From NCBI RefSeq assembly GCF_032444005.1, contig NC_091283.1, positions 449,748,001 through 449,812,000 of the forward strand: a DNA stretch of 64,000 bases, given 5' to 3'. The notes beneath the pieces are model-generated. The model had not been told where the DNA came from, did no database searches, and saw only the letters and a program-made list of their open reading frames with translations. The translations under genes were made by a program, and so were the position numbers. Source of the DNA: Ranitomeya imitator. Its lineage: Eukaryota. This document shows, piece after piece, positions 1 through 12,700 of this stretch (its first letter is position 1; each line of letters begins with the position of its first letter).

Positions 1-365
1 TGGCTTTCTCTGGCAGTCCCATAAACAATAAATGAAGTGGACGTTGAGCCATGTGCACCTCAACTCCACTCAAGACAGATCTCTGCAGAACCCAATTCTT
101 TGGATCACTGGGGATCCCAGTGATTGGACCCACAGTCAGTTATGCGCTGTAGTAAAAAAGAAAAAATAGACGACTTCTACAGTCTTTTATGGTAGAAGAG
201 CAGAGGGTTGGTCCAGTAACTTCTGCTATAAGGATGCAAAGAGAACTCTGGTACTCCGGAAGACATGAAAGCCTTCAAATGTTTAAAAGGATTGTGCCCT
301 ACTCGGACAACCACTTTTCAATGACTATGGCCCCCTTTATAAAATAGCAAGTATACTCACCTTTA

Positions 366-668
366 GGCTATGTGCACACGTTCAGGATTTTTTGCCTTAA
401 AAAACGCATACATAAGCATCCCATAATTTTTAATGCATTCGGCAATTTTTGTGCACATGATGCGTTTTTTTTCTGCCAAAAAAACACTTTGCGGTAAAAA
501 ATGCAGCATGTTCATTAATTTAGTGGATTTTTCACGTTTTCCCGCTATTTAATGCATTGGGAAGCTCCGGAAAAAAAGCGTTGAAAATGCGCGGAAAAAA
601 ACGCATGCGGATTTCCTGCAGAAAAAGTCCGGTTTTGTTCAGGAAAATCCTGCCGTGTGCACATAGCC
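366..668. mobile_element. PIF/Harbinger (Tourist-like) MITE
   Basis: TIRs GGCTATGTGCACACG...CGTGTGCACATAGCC, flanked by a 3-bp TTA duplication (363-365, 669-671); internally palindromic. Same family at 56444-56813. Confidence 0.8.
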
Positions 669-2136
669 TTAAGGCAGGCACAGTTGTAGCGGTATCGGCA
701 CTGATGCTCCTAAGACTCGTGTGCCACTGTTATGACACGGAATCACTTCAGCCAACAGTGGCCACTTCACTTCCCCCCTCCCCCCCCTTTGGACATAACT
801 GACTTCTGGAGGGAACTAGAGATGCGGCTGCCCACTCATTTCCTCCAGATGTCAGATCTGTCCAAAGGAGGGGAGGGTGGAGCAGCTGCTGATTGGCACA
901 GGGCAAAGTGTGACATAACATCACGCAAGCCTCGGGAGAGCCAGTGCCAATACCACCGAAACGGCACCAGAGGCAAGAGGGGTGTTATTTTATAAAGGTT
1001 GTTAGATGACCGCCGGACAGGACCTTGAGGGGAGATATGTATCATTGAGGTTGGTAGCTTCGGTGATGTAAGCCAGGGAAAGCAAGCTCCAGCACGTATA
1101 GTGCTGACAGAGTTAATAGGGAAAATCAGGGCCGAGTTTACGAGCAAAGAGATGGGTGGGACTGGCTGCTCACATACCCCCACCCCGGGGACATGGTATG
1201 GCAGATACAAAGGAGATCAAGGTGTATCATTCAGGGTCTGTAAAGGTAGCGACGCTGCAGCGATCTAGACAATGATGCCAATCGCTGCAGCGTCGCTGTG
1301 TGGTCGCTGGAGAGCTGTCACACAGACAGCTCTCCAGCGACCAACGATGCCGAAGTCCCCGGGTAACCAGGGTAAACATCGGGTTACTAAGCGCAGGGCC
1401 GCGCTTAGTAACCCGTTGTTTACCCTGGTTACCAGAGTAAATGCAAAAAAAACAAACACTACATACTTACATTCCAGTGTCTGTCGCGTCCCCCGGCGTT
1501 CTGCTTCCCTGCACTGTGTAACCGCCGGCCGTAAAGCACAGCGGTGACGTCACCGCTGTGCTCTGCTTTACGGCCGGCCGGCGCTGACAGTGCAGGGAAG
1601 CAGAACGCCGGGGGACGCGACAAACACCGGAATGTAAGTATGTAGTGTTTTTTTTTTTTTACATTTACACTGGTAACCAGGGTAAATATCGGGTTACTAA
1701 GCGCGGCCCTGCGCTTAGTAACCCGATGTTTACCCTGGTTACCAGTGAAGACATCGCTGAATCGGCGTCACACACGCCGATTCAGCGATGTCTGGGGGAG
1801 ATCCAGCGACGAAAATAGAATTATTCTTACCGTTAATTCGGTTTCTAGGAACCTTCCACGACGGCATATGGAGGTTGTCTCTTTGCCCTAATGGGGAACA
1901 GGAAACACAGAGAGGTTTAAAAGGACCTCCCACCTCCCACCTGCCAGTGACTTACAACTGAAACCATAGCACCGGTTTACCTTCTGAATCCCAGAACTAG
2001 TCCAGGAATATGTATCGGGTGGGAAATTAGTGCCGTCGTGGAAGGTTCCTAGAAACCGAATTAACAGTAAGAATAATTCTATTTTCTCTAGTCACCTTCC
2101 ACGACGGCATATGGAGGAATACCAACTAATTTGGCA

Positions 2137-4030
2137 CTAGGGAGGGACAACGGCCTGCAGAACTTTACGGCCGAAGACTAAGTCCTTATTGGACAATACA
2201 TCTAATCTGTAATGTTTAGAGAAAGTATGAAGTGAAGACCATGTTGCTGCCCTGCAGATCTGCTCTGGGGATGCACCTGCTCTTTCTGCCCAGGAGACTG
2301 ACGTAGATCTTGTTGAATGGGCCTTGATCCCTACTGGAGGTATTTTGTTTTGAGCAAGGTAGGCTTCCGTTATAGCCTTTTTGATCCATGTAGCAATGGT
2401 ACTTTTAGCTACTTTTTTACCCTTATTTTGCCCAGAGGGATGGACAAAGAGGTTATGATCGATTCTGAAAGCACGGGTCTGATCTAAGTATTGCAGCACA
2501 ACACGTCGGACGTCCAGAGTGTTGAATCTTCTTTCTTCCGAATTTGCAGGATTATGGCAAAAGGTTGGTAGAATAATCTCTTGGGAACGATGAAAATCAG
2601 AGACTACCTTCGGAAGAAAAGAAGGATCTAGACGAAGTACTATTGAGTCATCTCTCACTAGAAGATACGGCTCTCTTATAGATAAGGCTTGTAGTTCACC
2701 CACTCTTCTAGCCGAAGTTATGGCTACCAAAAACACAGTTTTATAGGCAAGATTTTGAAGAGAGCAGGAGGACAAAGGTTCAAAAGGCGGGCCTGTAAGA
2801 CCTTGAAGCACCACATTAAGATCCCATGGGGGAACTATTATCTGTTTTCTAGGATTCATCCTAGTTGCTGATGTTAAGAATCTTTTGATCCAGCGATGAC
2901 CTGCTAGATCTTGATCAAAAAAGGAGCTAAGTGCAGAGACCTGGACTTTGAGAGTACTGGGCCTAAGACCCATTTCTAAGCCTTTTTGTAAAAAATCTAA
3001 GATGTTAGGTATATTAGGCTTGAGAGGGTCTGGAAGGTTAGGTAAACAAAAAGACGAAAACTGTTTCCATATTTTGTTGTATATGGCGTTGGTTACTGGC
3101 TTTCTCGACTTTTGGAGAGTAGCTATGACGGGGTCCGATAGACCTTTTGCTCTCAACACGTGGGCTTCAGTAACCACGCTGCTAAGTTCCATTTCTGAGG
3201 GTCTGCGTGGAGAATAGGACACAGAGAGAGGAGATTGTTCTTTTGAGGTAATATTACCGGTCCATCCACTTGTAGTTGGATGACCAAGTTGAACCAACTT
3301 CTCTTGGGCCAAAAAGGAGCTATCAAGATAGTCGGAGTCCCTTCTGATCGTATCTTCCTTAGAACCTTTGCCAGGATTGGGATTGGCGGAAATGCGTAGG
3401 CAAGCTGGAAGTGCCAATCTTGGACTAGGGCATCCAGACCTCTGGGATTGCCTCTTGGGTTCAAGGAAAAGAAGGTTTTGACTTTTGCGTTCTGGTGAGA
3501 GGCAAAGAGGTCGACCTCTGGAAGACCCCACTTTTGAACTAGCATATTGAACGTCTGAAGATCCAGGCTCCATTCGCCAGGATGAATGTCCTGGCGACTC
3601 AGGTAATCTGCTTGAATATTTGCAGTCCCTTTTAGGTGAATTGCCGTCAGGGACAGCAAGTGTTTTTCGGCCCAATAAAAAATTCGAGCGGAGATCTTTT
3701 TCAGACTGAGGATTTTTGTACTGCCCTGGTGCTTGATATGAGCCACCGTGGTCATATTGTCTGAATAGATCTGGACATGTTGACCAGAAATCTGACGGCT
3801 TGCTGCCAACAGGGCCTCTTCCACAGCTTTGAGTTCTCTGAAATTTGACGATTTGTTGCTGATTGACTGGTTCCAAAGACCTTGGTAAGGAACATGATTT
3901 ATTATGGCTCCCCAGCCCCTCCTGCTGGCATCTGTCTTGATTGTGACTAGCGGAAGCTGAATCCAACTTACACCTTTCAGGAGGTTTGTGGAATTCATCC
4001 ACCATGTTAAGGATGCTTTCACTCGACCGG
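2137..4030 (-). CDS. DIRS tyrosine recombinase (YR). Core from ATG 3192 (352 codons incl. stop); the upstream part overlaps RNaseH/MT in another frame
   Basis: Catalytic motifs TSARRVGEL (R), KAHSTR (H-x-x-R), ATW and FSKHY (Y) in an open frame ending at stop 2137. Confidence 0.9.
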
Positions 4031-5239
4031 GTGTGAATCCTTTTTATTAGAGTGGCAGGACGACCATCCCATCTGTCTAGTATGTGGGTTTGAAGAATTC
4101 TCGAGTGAGCTTGAGCCCAAGCCACTGATTGTATGCAGGCTGTCATGGAGCCTAAGAGAGACATTCCCTCCCGAAGAGTAGGAAATCTCGTCTCCTTGAA
4201 TCTTCTGACTTTTGCTACTAATGGTAGCCTGTGATCGTCTGGGAGAAAGGACATCTGTTTTGCTGAGTCCAGAACCACACCCAAGAACTTTCTGGTTTTT
4301 GAGGGTTGAAGCTGTGATTTCTTCATATTTGGAATCCAACCCAGAGACTTCAATATCTCCAAAGTGGTTGACACATGGGACATCAGGGGTCATCTTGGTG
4401 GGGGCTACTATCAGGAGATCGTCCAGGTAGGGCACTATACAGACACCTTGGCTCCGGATAAATGACACTGCCTCTGCCATGATCTTGGAGAATACTCTTG
4501 GTGCTGAGGAAATGCCGAAGGGAAGGACTCCAAACTGATAGTGCTCCACACGATGACTCCCCTGTATCGCAAACCTGAGGTATTTTCTGTGTCTCGGGTG
4601 GATAGGGATGTGAAAATATGCATCCTTTAGGTCGATGGTTGCCATAAAGGAGTGATGTCCTATCAGAGGAATTGCAGATCTTACAGACTCCATCTTGAAC
4701 TTGCGATATTTCACATGTTGGTTTAGACCTTTTAGGTTTATAATAATTCTTACATCCCCTGAGGGTTTGGGTACTAAGAACAGCCGGGAATAATGTCCTT
4801 TTCCCTGTTCCAAAAGTGGAACTGGGGAGATCACATTTGATTTCATAAGATCCCCGAGACCTAACGTCAATAAACTGTGATCTCTTGAAGTCGGAAGGGT
4901 AGTAATTTTTAGACCCTGAGGGGGGGAAGAAATTAACTCTATTAATAGGCCCTCCTTGATGACATTGAGGACCCAGTGGGAACTGGTGATATTTTCCCAC
5001 TGACCCACATATTTCGAGAGTCTCCCCCCTACCGGGTCGGAGTCATTGCTTGTCCTGTTGGGACTGTTGCTGCTGCTGCTGGGGGACAAAAATATTTTTC
5101 CCTCTACCCTTTGCGTAACTCCACCTGCCGGTTTTGCCTTTCCCTCTTTGAGGGGGCTGAGACTGTGGGGCACGAAAAAAACGTTTTCTCGGTTGTTTTT
5201 GCTCCGGGAGTGCCTTTTTCTTGTCAGTAGCCTTGTCAA
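3153..5239 (-). pseudogene. DIRS pol (RT - RNase H - DAM-like methyltransferase), with two frameshifts at ~4385 and ~4025
   Basis: RT motifs IDLKDAYFH, LPFGISSAP and YLDD (frame 4019-5239); connection region in frame 2137-4383; RNaseH TDAS/ELKAV/SDN/ADYLSR and MT VDLFAS/AYAFPP in frame 3153-4022. Confidence 0.88.
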
Positions 5240-6438
5240 GAATATCGTCTAAGGCCGGACCGAAAACATAATCTCCCTTAAAGGGTATAGCACACAACTT
5301 GGCCTTTGAGGTGATATCACCGCTCCATATTTTAAGCCAGAGGGCTCTTCTAGCAGAGTTGGAGAGTACGAGAGATCTGGCAGCCACTCTAACAGATTCT
5401 AGAGAAGCGTCAGCCAGAAACCCAGAGGCTCTTTGCAGGATGGGAAGTGAATCTAATAACTCACCTCTCGGGGTACCCTGAGATATATGAGACTCTAATT
5501 TCTCCAACCAGCAGGAGAGGGCCCTGGCAACACAAGTGGAAGCGACATTGGCCTTAAGGATAGACGTAGAAGTTTCCCAAGATTTCTTTAGGAGACTTTC
5601 AATCTTTCTGTCCATAGGATCCTTTAATTGTGAAGAATCCTCAAAAGGGAGTGCTGTTCTTTTGGCGACTCTAGCTACCTGCACATCAACCTTTGGAATG
5701 TCCAATTTGATTACTTCACCCTCTAGAGGAAATCTGTGCTTCATTTCTGCAGGGGTAGTGAGGCGTTTCTCAGGCTGTTCCCATTCCTGATTAATCATAC
5801 TAACGATGTTAGCGTGCACCGGGAACCCCACTCTCTTCTCCGATCTGAGTCCACCAAACATCTGATCCTGTACGGACTGTGGTTCATATTCCTCTTCTAG
5901 GCCCATAGTATTACGGACAGCAGATACTAAATCCTCAATATAATCTGAGGAAAAGAGGTATTTCCTGACCTCAGCTTTAGGTGATACAGGATCTTCCCAG
6001 CCCACAGATGAAGTATGGGAGAGGTCTGAATCAGAGTCCGATTCGACCACCTGAATTTTTCTCTTTTTAGCTGGGGAATGTCGTGGCGGAGGTGGAGGAG
6101 GAGTAGTAAAAGCTGCTAACGAAGATTGCACCTCCTGTTTTACTAAGGAGCGAATTTCATCCAGCAGAGATGGTTGCTCAGCTTTTACAATCTTGTCAGT
6201 ACATGGCTGGCAGAGTCTTTTGTCCCAGTTAAGAGGGAATTTAGTAGAACAGACTGGGCACTTCTTTTTAATAGCGGCTTTAGGGGCAGACTTCTCTCCC
6301 TGAAATGACAAGGGAGAGGGGAGTGAGGACATTAAACCCCCTATAGGTACTACCTCCCGGATCCTATCCCTGCAAAACACTTACTGTAGCAGGGGTAGCG
6401 CTGGGCTCCGCAGATGCAGGGCACAAGGAACCATCCAT
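5043..6438 (-). CDS. DIRS gag-like ORF1, probably spliced: 6438-6385 joined to 6299-5043
   Basis: Open 419-codon frame from 6299 with CxxC...CxxC, an Ala/Leu-rich helical core and a Gln-rich tail. An upstream 18-codon ATG exon ends in ACA|GTAAGT; acceptor TTTCAG| at 6300; both phase 0. Confidence 0.75.
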
Positions 6439-9400
6439 ACTGGGAAAAATAGTCTTACCTCAGTGGTGGTTCAGCAGGGTTTAAGAACGCTGTCCGCATC
6501 TGCCTCCAGCAATCAACAGTTCCCCCTCCCCCTCCGGGATCCATGTGAGGGGACGCCATCAGTCCGACACGCCGGCCGGCGAACCCGGAAGAAGCGGCCT
6601 CCAGGAGAACGAAGGACCGGAAGTGACGCGCGAGACCGCCGACGTCACATCCGGAACGCCGAGCCGGCAATGGAGGGGGAGAACGCCGAGCAGCTCATGG
6701 AGGAGCCCGGCGAGGGATCCCAGGCCTGCTTTGCCCTCGTGGGGGCGCGGGAAGGCCGGGAGGGGGTCCCTGAGGCACCTGCATAGCAGGACGAAGGGAG
6801 CAGCAGGGGAGGAGGCGGAGCGCGACCATCAGCTACCCGGCTACAACAGGCAGAGCCTGCACAAAGGTACCGCAGTCGCCGGCCACAACAGCACCTGGAG
6901 ACCTCTCCCTGTCCCATGGGGATCAGGAAAGACACTGGCAGGTGGGAGGTCCTTTTAAACCTCTCTGTGTTTCCTGTTCCCCATTAGGGCAAAGAGACAA
7001 CCTCCATATGCCGTTGTGGAAGGTGACTAGAGAAATAAAGTTCTGGCCTTTCTGCTCCGACCAACGATGTCACAGCAGGATCCAGATCGCTGCTGCGTGT
7101 CAAACACAACGATATCGCTATCCAGGACGCTGCAACGTCACGGATCGCTAGCGATATCGTTGTTAAGTTGTTCAGTGTGAAGGTACCTTAACACTGAGGT
7201 GTGTAGACCTCCAGTATTGCTTGTGTTTGCTAAAGGACTCAAGAGCTGGACACTAAACCTGAGCGGGCGACCTCACACTACTGTATGGACTATTTACTTT
7301 GTTTTCTATCTGCCACAATACTCTTTTTGTTTGGCTATGCTGAGCAGTTTATGAATTAAAAAAAAAAACAGATTATCCGCACTACCAGTCCATTCTTCCT
7401 TACCGAGAGTGGCGGAGATCGCCCAGCAGAGCAGTCCTACTAGAATACATAGAGAGTGCGCATGACCGACCTCTGCTACCTTCAGCCAACACTCTTCAGA
7501 GCCTCGGTGGGGGCCATGGTGGTCATACCCCCAGTGATCGGAAGTGATCCTCTATTCAGTGCATATGATAATGTTCAAACTTGATCAAAACCATTTAATA
7601 TAGGAAACTGTATTTGGCCCTGTAAATATTATTCACTGATGGTAAAATTAATGCCAAACAGGTGACAGTACTAGGAGCATGGAATATATATGACGATGGT
7701 CCTCAGTGCAGGGGTTGAACTATTTGAGCCAATTTGGGTGCCCTGGGATTATTTTTGGGCTCAATACAATGGATAATTCTTGTACACTTCTCTCCATTTC
7801 CTCATTCTTCCTGTGTGATTGTGTTTTTGTCAGTCCTTGGTTATGTTATAGATTGAACATGGCTGGGTAATATCATCTAGTATTAAGTGGATTGCTTATG
7901 TTATGCGTTTGCCGGTAGTTGTCTGCTGGATCTCGGCTGTTTATGCACTCCCATCGTTAAAGGTTTCATGGGGTTTTACTTAGCCATACAAACTTCATGC
8001 GTATGTTGTTTCTGTATATGTTATTTGTCATTTTTTCACAAATCTCAAAAATTAGTTAAAAAAAAAAAAAAGGAATGTCAATTTTATAGAAATTTAAGAA
8101 GAAAGAAAAAATCCAGACACACTATCACCCTCAGCTGACTGTCCAAAAGAAAACAATTTATTTTTGTGGTCAGTGTACTAGATCTGATCAATGAATCCCA
8201 ACAATAAGCCAGAAAAAAAATAAATAGTGAAACCAGTATTCCTGAGCGCCCCGTTAATTAAAGGGATTGCAAGAGATGAGAAAAACATGGCTGCCATATC
8301 GTAGACATAGCGCCACTACGTGAATAGGGCTGAGCAGCAATAATAGACAAAACCTATGGTTGTGCTGTTTCTGGAGGAAAGAATATTTTTCTTACCTTAC
8401 AAATTTCTTTTAACTAATTCAGTGCTGCACAATTAGATATTTCATAACCAGTGTACACAAAGAACTAAGGACCCAATTACTGCATTTGTGCCTTTTTGAC
8501 CAATTTTCTGTATTTTTCACCCATTTTTAATTCTTGCCTTTTTTTGCCATTTTTATTTCTGTTTTTTTTTTCTTATTGTTTGTTACTATTGGTGGAGTTT
8601 TGGGCTCATCCATTGAGTCTTTTAAGAAGTTTCAAAAATGTTGCACTGTACTTCAGTTTCCCCCTGAAGTAATTTTATGTAAGTCTTACAATTTTGCTTA
8701 AAGTTAGCACCAATTTAGCAAAACATGCTAAAAATTATCAAATAATAAAGCACATTTTTTATTATGTGCACAAATTTAAGAACCAGGTGTGCCATTGTGA
8801 AGAATTTGGAGGGAAAAAAAAAAAACGGCAACTAAATACAAGAAAAAAAATGATTAAAAAAAGCTGCAAATGTTGAATTGGGCCCCAAATGTATGCCCAA
8901 GAATATTGGTTTACACATACGGCTGTCTAAGTGGCCCAGACACAAAAAATGTAGTTATTAAAGGGGTTGTCCAGTGATCACTTGCTTACTGATGGGTGCT
9001 TGACCAAAGGGAACAGCACTGATTGTCAGATACATATATATCCCACGTAACAAAATGAAGGGAAAGAGACACAATAACCCTTCCTCCATTCATTCTCCAT
9101 GGCAGTCCCATAGAAAATGAATGGGGCTGAGGTTGATTATACGCCATGCCGCTGCACTCCAAAGAGTGTTAAAGTTCCTGTTCTGCAGATCGGAGTGGGT
9201 TCCAATGGCTGGACCCCTACTGATCAATGGGTGATAACTTGTTTTTCACTGGACAACCTTTTTAGTTATAGTACATAGAAGTCTATGCACTTAAGTAATG
9301 CTACAGGCAAAATAAAAAGAAACGATGAAGTGCTCCTCCTAGTGGCAGTCACCGGTAACACAAATACTCCCTCTAGTGGCAGCTGCCAGTAAATTAATTT

Positions 9401-9716
9401 TTTTTTTACAGTGGCAGTCACAAGTACATGGAATCTTCCCCCACAGGCAGCCACCAGTATACAGCAACTTCCTCTTTGGTCACGTGCAGCCAAAACAAAG
9501 GCGCAATTATACCGAGACTGTCACCATACTGATTACATCACCCGAACTGAAGAGGAGTTTGTAGGAAGGAAGGACATAAATAGATCTCTATATAAATTAT
9601 CTACACATCTTTCTGGAGGAGTATATATACACACACATATTCCAGTCTGCTGGATGGGCATTTACAGCTCTGATCATCATCATCATATCGGTCACTTGCT
9701 GCTGGTATAGATGTCT

Positions 9717-12700
9717 CTATGTGATGTCCTTCTGTCTGGGAGGGCGATGAATGTTTCTCATGACGCATTTTACCATCCATTCTACTCCTTCATTCACTCC
9801 CCTCCTGCAAGAACAAAGAGAGGTGCTCTCAGGATAATTATTAAAAGGACAACTGTTTGGGGACCATAATCGCACCAGACGTCGCATCTTATACAATGTT
9901 CCCATCCAGAGCTGCATTTACAATCCTATTGGCTGTCATAACAGAGAAATGCAAAAAACAATGCTGCTCTGGATGTGACTGGAGCATAAAAATGATGCAC
10001 TCAAAACTGGAAGACTGATGAAAAGCAGCAGAAATCAAAATACACAACGTACATATGTAATCCACAACAATTGCATACAGATTTATGACACTTTCTGTGG
10101 GACACCGTACTATGGATTACAAAAAACATACTGACCAAATGGTGTAAAATAATTAAAAAACGCAACCATCACTGCATCCAAACCTTACCCGGATAGGGCA
10201 GAACAGGCCTGGGTCAGGCAATCCCTCTTCCCAATCTTATTAATGCAGTCACTGAAGGCCGTCTTGATATCAGGAATGGAGAGACAACCCTAAAGGACAG
10301 GAAGTTTTATTTAATATCTGCGGTACCACCCTAATAGGAACCCCGATGGTCAGGGTACTTATTAAACTTGACACTAATTCACATCTAAGCTGATCACACT
10401 AGAAGTGGCATTTTAGGTTAGGTTATAGCACCCACTAGTGGCAAGCATAAATAATGATATTTTAAAGGGAATCTCTCAGCAGGTTTTTGCTATAGAATCT
10501 GAGAGCAGCATGATGTATGGGCTGAGATGCTTATTCCAGTGACATCACTTACTGGGCTGCTTGGTGCAGTTTTGATGGAATCCCTGTTATATCTGCTGTA
10601 GATGTAGCAGTGCTATGAATGCTGATCTCTGTATAACCCTGCCCACAGCTCTGATTGGCAGCTTCCTGCATACAATGTGCATTGTCAGCAAGCTGTCAAT
10701 CAATGGATGGGGTGGGGTTATACAGATTAGCTGGACTATATTGCATGAGACACTTAGTCCTGCAGTGATAATCACCTGCTGATAAAACACTGATTGTATA
10801 GAAACTACATCACACAGCCTAGTAAGTGACACATCCCTGGAAACAGGGTCTTTGCCTCTACATGCTGCTCTCAGATTAAATAGCAAAAACCTGCTGGCAG
10901 ATTCCCTTTAAATGCAAGTGTCAGGAGGATGCAAAAGCCATAAAGCTTTGACCTTACCATGGAGTTTTGATTTAGTTATATGTTCATCATGGTGGCCCAT
11001 AAGACTGGAGATTCAGAGTTATATTTACCAGGCAATAAGAGATATACGTCAACAGAATAGAGGTCGCCCTCCTCAGAATACCTCCACATCTTGTTTGTTT
11101 GCCAAGACCAGGATGGGCACACCTTCCAGAGCNNNNNNNNNNNNNNNNNNNNNNNNNNNNNNNNNNNNNNNNNNNNNNNNNNNNNNNNNNNNNNNNNNNN
11201 NNNNNNNNNNNNNNNNNNNNNNNNNNNNNNNNNNNNNNNNNNNNNNNNNNNNNNNNNNNNNNNNNNNNNNNNNNNNNNNNNNNNNACTGATCCTTCTCAA
11301 AATCCATTAACGAGTTATGACAGCAGATGGAACAGCCTTTATTTTCTATCCTACAAAGCTCTAGAACACAGGAATATACATGATACATTCTGAACTACGC
11401 AACATCAGCGAGGGGTGACATTTTCTATGGACTTACCGAAAGCATGTTTGGACTCCGATAGGCGCATCTCATCGGTGGAATCAATCACATATATAACTCC
11501 ATGGGACTCTGCGTAATACTGGAGAGAGAAAAAAATATATAGAAAAATACTACAAGAGCGTACATTGAGATAGTTGCTCCACTTGTAACTTAGTACTTTC
11601 CAGGTCTGCAGCTACTACTCAGGTCCAGAGATTAGTGTTGTGCGTCTCACCTTATCCCATAAAGATTGGAGCTCCTCCTGCCCCCCGAGGTCCCAGAACA
11701 TCAGCCGGACTTTTCCCACGTCAATGGTGCCAACTATGGATGAGAGGGTAACAGCACCGCACATCCACAACAACACGTCCCCATCCTATATATTTACTCT
11801 ACTCACTGTTCAGGCCCACGGTCGTTGTGATCTTGTTGAGGTTCATCCCCTTGTAGTTGCGGCAGAATCGAATTTTCGTCTGTTCTAAAAACGTCTGGAA
11901 GAAAAGATGTTGAACTGTGAATATCCATTGGCCGCAGTCCCATAATATACTGGGCACTTCAGATATACCCAAATCACTGGCACATATAAAATTTATATAT
12001 AAAAATAAAGGGAACAATAGAGTACCACATCCTAGATATCACTAAATATTTCAGTTGCACATCTTTATTTATTACCTAGTGGAATGTGTTGAGAATAAAA
12101 CATAAAAATGATCAATGTAAATCAAAATGAATATCCAATGGAGGTCTGGATTTGGAATGATACTCAAAATCAAAGTGGAAAATCAAATTACAGGCTGATC
12201 CAACTTCAGTGGAAATGCCTCAAGACAAGGAAATGATGCTCAGTAGTGTGTGTGGCCTCCACGTGCCTGTATGACCTCCCTACAACGTCTGGGCATGCTC
12301 CTGATGAGGCGGCGGATGGTCTCCTGAGGGATCTCCTCCCAGACCTGGACTAAAGCATCTGCCAACTCCTGGACAGTCTGTGGTGCAACGTGACGTTGGT
12401 GGATGGTGCGAGACGTGATGTCCCAGATGTGTTCAATCAGATTCAGGTCTGGGGAACAGGCGGGCCAGTCCATAGCCTCAATGCCATCATCTTGCAGGAA
12501 CTGCTGACAAACTCCAGCCACATGAAGTCTGGCATTGTCCTGCATTAGGAGGAACCCAGGGCCAACCGCAACAGCATATGGTCTCACAAGGGGTCTGAGG
12601 ATCTCATCTCTGTACCTAATGGCAGTCAGACTACCTCTGGCGAGCACATGGAGGGCTGTGCAGCCCTCCAAAGAAATGCCACCCCACACCATTACTGACC

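Larger units (their letters stand above)
1812..7036 (-). mobile_element. DIRS1-like tyrosine-recombinase retrotransposon, full length
   Basis: Inverted terminal repeats at 1852-1949 and 6933-7023, nearly identical; 3' extension at 1817-1851; internal complementary region at 2031-2117 that joins both ends; gag, RT/RNaseH/MT and YR ORFs; no target-site duplication. Confidence 0.95.
1243..7190. mobile_element. Palindromic non-autonomous DNA element (AAGGTACC-ended), split by the DIRS insertion into 1243-~1812 and ~7036-7190
   Basis: Internal inverted repeats (ACCAGGGTAAACATCGGGTTACTAAGCGC / reverse complement) at ~1365-1745. The sequence resumes at 7036 (AAAGTTCTGG...GTGTGAAGGTACCTT). A shorter related copy in opposite orientation lies at ~57890-58278. 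Confidence 0.75.

Noticed and set aside
6455-6958. GC-rich ORFs on both strands near the DIRS left ITR
   Set aside because: Promoter/leader region of the element; no domain similarity.
1-9700. Expected neighbour TNFRSF6B/RTEL1
   Set aside because: No cysteine-rich TNFR repeats or helicase exons were recognised.
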